This document shows positions 10,245 through 18,648 of a stretch of DNA of 64,000 nucleotides, one piece after another. The DNA lies in the NCBI GenBank assembly GCA_965237955.1, contig OZ250169.1, positions 5,728,001-5,792,000 on the forward strand. The letters are read 5' to 3'. The notes below the pieces were generated by a model. The model was not told the origin of the DNA. It saw only the letters and a program-made list of their open reading frames with translations, and did no database searches. The translations under genes were made by a program, and so were the position numbers. This stretch comes from Candidatus Marinacidobacterales bacterium (lineage in GTDB: Bacteria; Acidobacteriota; Vicinamibacteria; Marinacidobacterales; SMYC01). Positions within the stretch are counted from its first letter, which is position 1, and each line of letters begins with the position of its first letter.

Positions 10245-10728
10245 GCGAGCGAGGGACCACAGCGTCGATGCGATAAAAACGGGTGAAACCGCCAAACCCG
10301 GGGTACCAGACGATGCGGTGCCAAAACGACGCGCGAGAATGCCTCAGGAAGCGTCTTCTCGAGCCAGGCCATACCCCAGCAACCCCTCGAAACCAGCCCC
10401 ACATCGCCCGGGGTTCGGCCGCGGCAGGTCGCTGCCTACGGGAGCGGGAAGGTCGCTTCGCGTCTTTCCTTACGCCCGCTCCCTCCGGCACCGACCTGCC
10501 GCCCCTTGCTACACAACACGCAGGTAAGATAGGTTCACGTTTTCAATCAGTGGAAAGGAGGTCACCCAACACTTCATCGTTTCGATGAGCGTTCGGCTTC
10601 ACCGGATTCGCTGTTCAGCTTGCTCTGGATTCGGCGTTCACGATGGCTGGAATACGCACATCAGTCTCGTCTACCTAAACTGTGGCGGTCTCACCCTCGA
10701 GAGGATCCACTGAAATGGCAGGAGAGGC

Positions 10729-11298
10729 AGTTTTTCAAAGCCGTTGAAAGCTCATTCGTTTCGCTTCCACCCGCCAGATACACTTTTTGGCCTAGTGTAG
10801 TCGCAGCCCCATACACCAAAGTCGAAGGAAGACTGGGCAAAGATTCGCGTAGCATCGTCTTAGTAGACGTATTCCAATTAAGTAGAAAGACGTCATCGTA
10901 GGTTTGCGAGGCATCGTTTTCCCCCATGCAAAGAACGCCCAAATCCGTTGTTACGGAGCTTCCATATCCAATCGGCCTCGGCAATTTCCCGCCAGGATGC
11001 CAGTCGCCCGATTTATCAAGCACCCAGATATCATCATGCCAGACCTTGGCTTCTCCCCAGTAGGGTTTCGGGAAATTCGCTCCTCCTGCCACAATGAGAA
11101 CATCGTTGCTAACTCCGACAAAAGGTCCTGCCACCCCTAGCGACTCAGACTGGTCTCCAGAAGGAGGGAGCTCACTGATAGCATTCCACTCGAGATAGCT
11201 CGGACTGTTTGGCTCGCCAGCCCAACATCGATTTCCGGCCATAGCCGTATCCCAGCGATAAAAAGCGCTAGCGATTTGAATCGTATAATAAATGTCAT
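10729..11298 (-). pseudogene. 5' part (signal peptide and Kelch/NanM-like repeats) of the interrupted propeller-symporter gene
   Basis: LGVAGPFVG...VAGGANFP and VYLAGG. Across the TSD it joins as ...STALKN|FWVLDLDE. There is a frameshift near the start. Confidence 0.8.
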
Positions 11299-11374
11299 TA
11301 CGATCGGTAAGTTGAGGCGATGGCTGTGGAGCGGAGTGTTACAGACATTGCCTCGCACGAGCGCTTATCCCTTA

Positions 11375-11950
11375 ATGTCTCACTCGGGGATGGTTGGAAT
11401 CCCTCGCCTTTAGGAGGCTTGGGGTACGATCCCCAGGTGAAAGGATATCGTAAATCATCGCACACGACGTACCAGTTAAACTATCACTTCGTATTTATCA
11501 CGAAGTACCGCAAGCCGGCCTTGAGAGGGGATGTAGCGGTTCGTCTCCGGGATCTCATCCGGGAGATCTGTGCTCGGAACCAGATAGAAATACTGAAGGG
11601 TCATGTGCGGCCTGAGCAGTTGCATCTGTTACTGAGCGTGCCGCCGAATTTGTCGCCGAGTCGAGTGATGCAGTTGATCAAGGGTAAGACGTCGAATCGT
11701 CTGATGCGAGACTTTCGGACGATGCGGAAGGAGTTCTGGGGTCGGCACCTATGGGCACGGGGTTACTTCGTGGTGACGACGGGCAACGTGACGGATGAGG
11801 TGATAGCGAAGTATATAGAGTTGCAAGGTGCCGTGCCCCAGGACGACGATTCTTTCAAGGTTAGCGAGTAGTGAAACGAGGCAAGGACAAGCCGACTTTA
11901 GTCGGCGACGTGAACCCATCGCCTTTAGGCGATGGAGCGCACGCGCTCAG
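11375..11950 (+). mobile_element. IS200-type element (tnpA only); boundaries approximate
   Basis: Subterminal hairpins CCTCGCCTTTAGGAGG (left) and CCATCGCCTTTAGGCGATGG (right) flank a Y1 transposase; no tnpB. Confidence 0.75.
11437..11871 (+). CDS. tnpA: IS200/IS605 Y1 transposase TnpA with a degenerate HUH motif
   Basis: Motifs YHFVFITKYRK, KGKTS, FWGRHLWARGYF and IAKYIELQ. GTG start at 11437; HUH reads EQLH. Confidence 0.85.
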   Translation: MKGYRKSSHTTYQLNYHFVFITKYRKPALRGDVAVRLRDLIREICARNQIEILKGHVRPEQLHLLLSVPPNLSPSRVMQLIKGKTSNRLMRDFRTMRKEFWGRHLWARGYFVVTTGNVTDEVIAKYIELQGAVPQDDDSFKVSE

Positions 11951-12102
11951 TTTTAATAAGATTACGATTTTAATAAGGCGATATCTGTTTTAAAAGCCAT
12001 TTCAAAAATACCGGCTCCGGATCACAATGATCACTACTAAGTTGTATGCTGCCATTATCACTGCCGGTAATCATTTTAAGAGCAACCACATGTCCGCCAC
12101 CC

Positions 12103-13288
12103 TGTCCCTCCCATAAACTCGATCGCGCGATTCTCAGGATGCGCGGGACCGAAGGGGCCTGCGGACAAGCCACGAATGTTCTGTTCGCGGTCGTCGCAAG
12201 CGTACCTTGACGGATCACTGGGGAGCAACGTTGGGCGAATAACCTACTTGCGGCGAAGTCAGGCAGCGAGTCTAGTGTAATAATGATGGAGGCCACCGAC
12301 CTTCGGAACGGCAGTCACTCTCCCCATCCCCGGCGATTCGACCAGGCGGGGCTCCGGGGCGTCCTTCTCGAGCGACAAATGAGTCCGGCATGAATGATAG
12401 TAGTCAATGTATTCGCGCAGGATTCGCGTAAGGTGCCGCTCGTTGAGGACGATCACATGGTCGAGGCACTCGCGGCGAATGCTTCCAACTACTCGTTCGA
12501 CGCAGGGGCTCTGCCATGGCGAGCGCGGCGCCGTCAGAACCTGCCGGATGCCGAGTCCGGCGACGCGCCGGTTGAAGTACCGGCCGTAGATGCGATCTCG
12601 ATCCCGCAGCAGGTACCGAGGCGCCGAATCCCATGGAAACGCCTCGACCATTTGCTGCGCCGTCCACTCTGCAGAAGGATGGTCCGTGACGTTGAAATGA
12701 ACGATCGGACGACGATCGTGACGGAGAACGATAAAGACGAATAGAACCCGGAACGTCGCGGTTGGCAACGTGAAGAAGTCAACGGACACCAAGTCCTTGA
12801 CGTGATTGTCGAGAAAGCTCCGCCAGGTCTGAGAAGGTGGTTTTCGATGCCGGACCATGTACTTGGACACCGCCGCCTGGGAAATGGATATGCCAAGCTT
12901 CATCAGCTCGCCGTGCACTCTGGGGGCGCCCCAGAGCGGATTCGACCCACTCATGGTCCGTATCAGCTCGCGAATCTCCGGAGCGACGCCCGGTCGACCT
13001 GGCCGACGTTCTGAACCCGGCTGAGAAGGACACTGTCGCAGTCAGTCCAGACTCTGCGCAACTACACCCAGAAACCGCGGTCGACATTCGATAGTCGCGG
13101 TCGCTTCACGGAACGTTGGAGGACGACGAGTTGCTGGCGCAGAGCGAGATTCTCAAAGGCCAGTGAGCGGCGGGTTTTGAAAGCCGAGGTGAGCGAGCGT
13201 AGAAGCGACCAAATCATGGCGAAATATTGACGTCCGCTTGTGGGAAAGATCAAGATTGACGCGGGTGGACGAGTAAATGGAAGGGACA
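12103..13288 (-). mobile_element. IS481-like (TGT...ACA) element with a decayed rve integrase-core transposase
   Basis: IRs TGTCCCTCCCATAAACTCG and CGAGTAAATGGAAGGGACA. The IS481 family assignment is inferred from the ends and the rve domain. Confidence 0.7.
12259..13217 (-). pseudogene. Integrase-core (rve) transposase pseudogene
   Basis: N-terminus ENLALRQQL, in-frame TAG at 13062 and a frameshift/deletion. C-terminal part has WGAPRVHGEL, VDFFT, LRDRD and ERVVGSIRRECLDH. Confidence 0.8.
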
Positions 13289-13345
13289 TGGACTTGCTTC
13301 GCTTCAGTGGACACCTAACGAACGGAGATATATATGGGTGTTCAA

Positions 13346-13645
13346 ATGGCAGAGAAAAAGAAGCGTCGTCAATTCACGAAGGAGTTCAGAGCCGAGGCGG
13401 TTCGCCTGGTGCGCGAGACGGGTAAGCCGGTGAGCGAGCTAGCGCGGGATATCGATGTGACGGAGACGTCTCTGTATGCTTGGGTGAGACAGGACAGAAT
13501 CGACCGTGGTGAGGGCGGGCCTGGCACGCTGACAAGCGAAGAACTTGAAGAGCTGCGAAGCCTACGAAAAGAAGTGCGCGATCTTCGGATGGAGCGAGAT
13601 TTCCTAAAAAAAACGGCGGCGTACTTCGCGAGCGTGAAGAAATGA
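13346..13645 (+). CDS. IS3 transposase OrfA
   Basis: RRQFTKEFRAEAVRL HTH followed by a leucine zipper, ending LKKTAAYF. Confidence 0.9.
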   Translation: MAEKKKRRQFTKEFRAEAVRLVRETGKPVSELARDIDVTETSLYAWVRQDRIDRGEGGPGTLTSEELEELRSLRKEVRDLRMERDFLKKTAAYFASVKK

Positions 13646-14517
13646 AGTTTGCGGCGATCGTTGCTCAACGCCTCGAGTTCAATGTCTCGTGGATGTGCCG
13701 TCAACTCGAAGTATCGCGAAGCGGTTTCTACGCGTGGCTGAAGCGGAAACCGAGTCGTCGCGCGCTCGAAGACCGACGCTTGTCTGCGAAAGTCGTATCG
13801 TCCTTCCGGGCAAACCGTGAGGTGTACGGGAGCCCTCGCATGGTCGACGAGCTCCGAGCAGATGGCGAGTCCGTTGGACGTCGGCGCGTGGCTCGTTTGA
13901 TGAGAGAAAGCGGGCTGTGCGCACGTCTCCCGAAACGTTTTCGGAAGACGACGGATTCTTCGCATTTGCGACCCGTGGCTCCCAATCTCGTGCAGCGGCA
14001 GTTCTTTCCCAAGACACCCAACGAAACCTGGGCCGCGGACATTACCTACATCCGCACGTGGGAAGGCTGGTTGTACTTGGCCGTGGTCATCGACCTATTC
14101 TCGAGACGTGTGATCGGTTGGGCGACGGCGAGTCACCTTCGGACAGACCTCGCTATCTCCGCGCTTCAAATGGCCGTGCGTTATCGAAGACCGCCGCGCG
14201 GAATGATTCACCATTCGGATCGTGGTGTGCAGTACGCGAGCCGAGAGTATCGAGAGTTCTTGCGACGCCACGGAATCGAGTGCAGCATGAGCGGCAAAGG
14301 TGACTGCTGGGATAACGCCGTTGTCGAGAGCTTCTTCGGCACGCTAAAGACCGAGGCTCTCTATCGACTGGTTCTTCCTACTCGCGCTCAAGCGCGCTGG
14401 GCCACCGTCGACTACATCGCCAACTTCTACAACCCGACGCGGCGCCACTCGACTCTCGGCAACATCAGCCCGATCGAATTCGAACGCACACTCCTGAAAG
14501 AGAAGCGAGTTGCTTAG
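13642..14517 (+). CDS. IS3 transposase OrfB (DDE)
   Basis: Motifs YGSPR, WAADITYI, HSDRGVQY and DNAVVESFF. Confidence 0.93.
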   Translation: MKFAAIVAQRLEFNVSWMCRQLEVSRSGFYAWLKRKPSRRALEDRRLSAKVVSSFRANREVYGSPRMVDELRADGESVGRRRVARLMRESGLCARLPKRFRKTTDSSHLRPVAPNLVQRQFFPKTPNETWAADITYIRTWEGWLYLAVVIDLFSRRVIGWATASHLRTDLAISALQMAVRYRRPPRGMIHHSDRGVQYASREYREFLRRHGIECSMSGKGDCWDNAVVESFFGTLKTEALYRLVLPTRAQARWATVDYIANFYNPTRRHSTLGNISPIEFERTLLKEKRVA

Positions 14518-14576
14518 CAAACATGTCCACGAAACCGGAGCAAGATCACTAACAGTAAGTAGATGGTTCCGTATAG

Positions 14577-16021
14577 GGAGATGCCCCTGAGATAGTTGAA
14601 GGTTAGGAGTGGCGGCTCCTAAGGCCGGGTTCGATAGAATCCGGCTGTGAAGGAAAAAGAAAGGAGCCACCACGATGTCAAATCACCAAATCATCGATGC
14701 GAAGAACAGGAAGAAGCTTCGAGAGATACTGAGCTCGAAGGGGCAAGCTCTGTTGCCGTTCTTGGATGCGATTGAGCGAACCGAGATAGCGATCGACGAA
14801 GTGATCGACGTTGCTGGCCGAGCGACGATCGAAGCGGTCTTGGATCTGTCAGCCCAAAGTGTGGCTGGGGAGAAACACCCGGGGAAGAAGGGTAGCGATG
14901 TTCGCTGGCACGGCCGGCAGGGTGGCGTAGTAAGCCTTGCGGAGCGGAAGTTGAGAGTGAGCCGGCCACGTCTGCGGCGTAAGGGAAAGGCAGAGGGAGG
15001 GGAGGTTGCGATTCCTGCCTACGAAGCGGTGAACAACTCGTCTCGGCTGAGCCAACGCATCTGGGAAATCCTGATGCTGGGTGTGTCGACGCGCAAGTAC
15101 GCGTCGGTTCTTCCCGAGATGGCGGAGACGGTAGGGGTTAGCAAGAGCGAGGTGAGCCGTGAGTTCGTGGAAGCAAGCGCGGAGCAGTTGCAGGGGCTGA
15201 TGGAGCGTCCGCTGGACGAGCTGGAGATCGCGGTCGTGTACCTGGACGGGATTCGCTTCGGCGAGCACCACGCGCTGGCGGCAATCGGCGTAGATACAGA
15301 GGGATACAAGCATGTTCTGGGGCTTCGGGATGGAGCATCGGAGAACCAGATAGTGTGCAAGGCGCTGCTGGAGGACCTGGTCGAACGAGGCCTGAGCCCA
15401 GAGCGGTGTCGGCTGTTCGTGATCGATGGCTCCAAGGCGCTACGGGTCGCCGTCGACGCTGTGTTCGGTACCCACAACAAGGTCCAGCGTTGCAGGAAGC
15501 ACAAGGAGCGCAATGTGCTCGGTTATCTGCCGCAGGAGCTGAAGCCGCAAGTGCAAGCGAGCCTGCGTTCGGCCTGGCAGCTCCCAGCAAAGAAGGGCAA
15601 AGCGCGGTTGGAGCAACAGGCGAAGTGGCTCGAGGACGACTACCCCTCGGCGGCGGAGAGCATCCGGGAGGGGCTCGACGAGATGTTCACCATCAACGAG
15701 CTCGACCTCCCCGCATCTCTGAAACGCTGCCTTGGATCGACGAACATCATCGAGTCGTGCTTCAGCGGTGCGCGAGGTCGTACCCGTCGCGTCACCCGCT
15801 GGCGCAATGGCAAGATGGTTCTGAGATGGGCCGCTTCGGCTCTGCTCGCCACGGAGAAAAATTTCCGTCGTATCATTGGATACCAATCGCTACCGATCCT
15901 CGAAGCGAAGTTAGCGGAGGTCACTGAGAATCAAGCGCTCGACAAGCACGCCAAAGTCGGGTAAACCATGTGTCAGGAGCCGCCACCACCTCGAACCTTC
16001 AACTATGGTGGGGGCACCTCC
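14577..16021 (+). mobile_element. IS256-family element A, copy 2 (1445 bp)
   Basis: Near-identical to 3855-5299. The TSD CCGTATAG is at 14569-14576 and 16022-16029. Confidence 0.95.
14675..15964 (+). CDS. IS256-family transposase (429 aa)
   Basis: Same protein as 3912-5201 except for two residues. Confidence 0.95.
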   Translation: MSNHQIIDAKNRKKLREILSSKGQALLPFLDAIERTEIAIDEVIDVAGRATIEAVLDLSAQSVAGEKHPGKKGSDVRWHGRQGGVVSLAERKLRVSRPRLRRKGKAEGGEVAIPAYEAVNNSSRLSQRIWEILMLGVSTRKYASVLPEMAETVGVSKSEVSREFVEASAEQLQGLMERPLDELEIAVVYLDGIRFGEHHALAAIGVDTEGYKHVLGLRDGASENQIVCKALLEDLVERGLSPERCRLFVIDGSKALRVAVDAVFGTHNKVQRCRKHKERNVLGYLPQELKPQVQASLRSAWQLPAKKGKARLEQQAKWLEDDYPSAAESIREGLDEMFTINELDLPASLKRCLGSTNIIESCFSGARGRTRRVTRWRNGKMVLRWAASALLATEKNFRRIIGYQSLPILEAKLAEVTENQALDKHAKVG

Positions 16022-16466
16022 CCGTATAGTGTCGGCCTTCTAGTTCTGATGGGCTGCGGTGTCCCGCAGTCTATCTCGTACGCTGGTTTTGGAATGTCGT
16101 CTATGAATTGATCTCCACGGGAGACTTGCTTCGAGAGTCCGGTGGGTGGGGACTTTCTTATCTTGCGCACGGTCGCTAGATAGCACGATAACGGGTTGAA
16201 ACGTGACGCCTATTCTACCCCACCGGTCTGGGACGCGTTCAACTATTGGTTGGCGACGCTTGAAGACTCAGGTTTCGACCTACGGACTAAGCATCCGAAG
16301 TGCCCTTGAAAGCCACTCTGGGTTTGCAACTTCCCAGAGGTCGGATCTCGGAGTTGCTGAAGTGAGGTGTCGCCCGCGACCCTTTCCGGCTCAAATGGTG
16401 GCTGTATGGTGGCTTTTGCTCGAGCACTCTTTCCATCTTGTTGAAAACAAAAAGCCTTAGGCTATG

Positions 16467-16500
16467 TGGTGCCGAAGGGGGGATTCGAACCCCACGGGTT
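16467..16500 (-). other. tRNA 3'-end remnant (Leu-like), putative att site
   Basis: Minus strand reads ..GTGGGGTTCGAATCCCCCCTTCGGCACCA, i.e. T-arm, acceptor 3' strand and CCA. No 5' half is recognisable. Confidence 0.65.
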
Positions 16501-16796
16501 TAGCCCGCAAATGGCTCAAAACAAACGGCAGTCCCCATGTCCGTAGATCTTCTAGGGTGGTGCCTCCGCGTTGCGGCCAAGCAAACCGGATAACGGGTTC
16601 GCGTGATAGCGATCGTTACTGTCTCGTTCGATCATGACAAACGCTAGAGTAGCAGATGTTTTTTTCTTCTCAATGGAAAACCGACGTTACGCGATTACCG
16701 CCTGGTAAGTGCGTCAGGTGCGTTGGCTGCATCGTTCGTTTGATCACATGGATTTGAAGCCTCATTCAGGGCAGACTATAAGTGGGGTGAGCGCAC

Positions 16797-18483
16797 ATGC
16801 AGCATCGTTTGAGCCGCACATTGCCCGCGATTGTCTTAGCCGTTCTCGTGGCGACGGATACGTTTGCCGAGCGATCCCGGAATCCACCGAATGCCACCGT
16901 GTTTATCCGTGTCATCGGCACCGCTCGTGTGGTCGTCAAAGAGGCGTTCTCCGAGACACGCGAGGAACGGGACGTCGAGTTTGGCACCGGGAGCGGATTC
17001 ATTTTTACTCCCTACGGACACGTTCTCACGAACTACCACGTCATCGAGAGCACGACTATTGAAGACCGTATCGGCCGCCGCGACATCCAAATCGAGTTGT
17101 CGGTCGATCGGATCGAGGTGGTCCTGCCGGGAAGCACTGACACGGATGTGCGCTTCAGTGCTTCGATCGAAGCCGTCGACCCCGAGCTCGACCTTGCGGT
17201 GCTGTCGATCGCGGGTGGCGATCTTCCGTACCTCGCGTTTGGCGACTCGGAGGCGGTCGCACAGGGGGACGCGGTACAGGTCTACGGCTTTCCCTTTGGC
17301 AGGCAAGTCGAAGTCGGCAAAGTGAACCTCCCCGACATCGTGCCTCGCGTGAGCGCTTCTAGAGGTTCGGTGGCGGCGACGCGCACCGACGCTTCGGGCG
17401 GCACCGCTTATCTCCAAACGACGGCAACGGTCAACCCGGGCAACAGCGGAGGCCCGATGCTGGACGAAGATGGCTACGTCCTCGGCGTAGTGCGCCTCAA
17501 GCTGCGTGACTCCGACGGCATCGGCTTTGCTATTCCCGTGAATGCGGTGAAGGATTTTCTGACCTTCAATGGTTACGACCAACTATTGCCGGTCGCGCGG
17601 CTTCGACTCGGTCCGGAGCAGTCGCTTCAAGGGAAGGGGCTCGCGCTTCGCATGCCCGAGACGTTGGAGGACGTTTCCCCTGCGAGGTTACGAGCGTTCA
17701 CCGACCCCTCGCAGGGTGCGATCGGCTTCACCGCTGATCGAGTCATCAGTCCATGGCCGCTCGCTCAGCTCGAGCAAGCGCTTTTGTCGGGAGGGACGTT
17801 CGGGAGCTTCCAGGCGGCGAGTGAGCTTCGCTCGTCGGCCGTCGTGGATGGTCGCGTCGTCATCGGTAGAGCCAGCGGGCGCGACATGAGTAGCGGAATC
17901 GAGACCGCGATGGAGTACATGCTTTTGGACGCGGGCATGGAAAAGCTGATCGTACGCTACCAGGGCCCCGCCGACGCGGTCGCGTTCAACCGTTCCGTTC
18001 TCATCGGGTCGCTTACGAGCATTCGCGCCGAGACGCTCCTCACCGCGGAGATCGCGAGCGTGCCTGCTGCCGGAGCAGCTCGCATGGGTGAAGGGCGCCC
18101 TGCCGGCACCATCGGCGCCGACGTTGGTCATTCCCGATCGGTGGGACGAGGAGGTCTCGGCGCCGTTCGCGTGCCGCGGATTGCCGCATTGGGAGTCCGC
18201 TCTTTCAATGTCGCTGCCCCGCGATTTCACGGTCTCGTTGCGCGCCGGTTGGTGGTCGTCGACGATGGACGCCTTACAATCGGCACGAGCTTGCAGCGAT
18301 CGCACCGGGGCGCTCGGGGACGGATCGTATGCCTACACGCTGGACTGGCTAGGCGAGCGCTACGTCGTCGAAGGCGTCTTCGTCGAGAACGTCGGAACGA
18401 TGCAGCTCGAGCTCGTCAGCCCCGAGGGAAAACACGGCTTTATCCGCGACGCCGCCCGCGCGTGGATGGAGCAGAACCGCTAC
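16797..18483 (+). CDS. Secreted trypsin-like (S1C/HtrA-type) serine protease with C-terminal extension; frameshift at about 18080
   Basis: Signal peptide and motifs GTGSGF, TNYHV, DLAVL and NPGNSGGP. The C-terminus continues in the frame of ORF 18088; a MITE sits at the presumed stop. Confidence 0.75.
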
Positions 18484-18645
18484 TCCCCTGGAACAGAGGT
18501 TCGTGGCCTAAAGCTCGACGCCATTTTGTGGGCTGGCGAGGCGTGACGACGAAGTCATATTGGAATATTTCGAGGAGGAACAACGAAGCCAGCGCGCAAA
18601 AAGGGCCCGAGATTTAGGCTACGAACCTCTGTTCCAGGGGACTAG
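18480..18645. mobile_element. MITE copy 1 (162 bp plus CTAG site)
   Basis: IRs of about 30 bp (TCCCCTGGAACAGAGGTTCGT.GCCTAAA). Differs from copy 2 at only two positions. Confidence 0.85.
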
Positions 18646-18648
18646 CAC

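Larger units (their letters stand above)
7716..10658 (+). mobile_element. IS21-family element (2943 bp)
   Basis: Ends TGCGTATTCC and GGAATACGCA. The 6-bp TSD CATCAG is at 7710-7715 and 10659-10664. It has subterminal repeats and istA/istB. Confidence 0.95.
3715..10713 (+). pseudogene. ISL3 transposase split into four pieces (about 3715-3854, 5308-6081, 7458-7715, 10665-10713)
   Basis: Pieces rejoin to MRVTTLVNK...CGICG|RTVR...CRRC...GMDEISYRK...SMDM...DRFHIVK...LLR|DDF...SNGRLEGMNNKIR...EALIS|LVYLNCGG...*. Confidence 0.9.
3232..10728 (+). mobile_element. ISL3-family element carrying three nested ISs
   Basis: Imperfect 25-bp IRs GGTTCTCCTGTCGTTTCGGGGGATC and GATCCACTGAAATGGCAGGAGAGGC. The 8-bp TSD AGTTTTTC is at 3224-3231 and 10729-10736. 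Confidence 0.9.
13289..14548 (+). mobile_element. IS3-family element
   Basis: IRs TGGACTTGCTTCGCTTCAGTGGACA and TGTCCACGAAACCGGAGCAAGATCA. It has orfA/orfB with an A8 slippery run at 13606-13613; no TSD visible. Confidence 0.9.

Noticed and set aside
11872-11950. tnpB/omega-RNA system after tnpA
   Set aside because: No TnpB or IscB ORF; the right-end hairpin follows tnpA directly.
11970-12296. 108-aa ORF
   Set aside because: It spans an IS end and an A+T-rich fragment; at most a short remnant of a truncated gene.
3855-16021. Composite transposon bounded by inverted IS256-A copies 1 and 2
   Set aside because: Each copy has its own matching TSD, so they inserted independently with no inversion or joint transposition.
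16467-16550. Intact tRNA gene
   Set aside because: Only the T-arm and acceptor 3' strand are present; no D-arm, anticodon arm or matching 5' strand.
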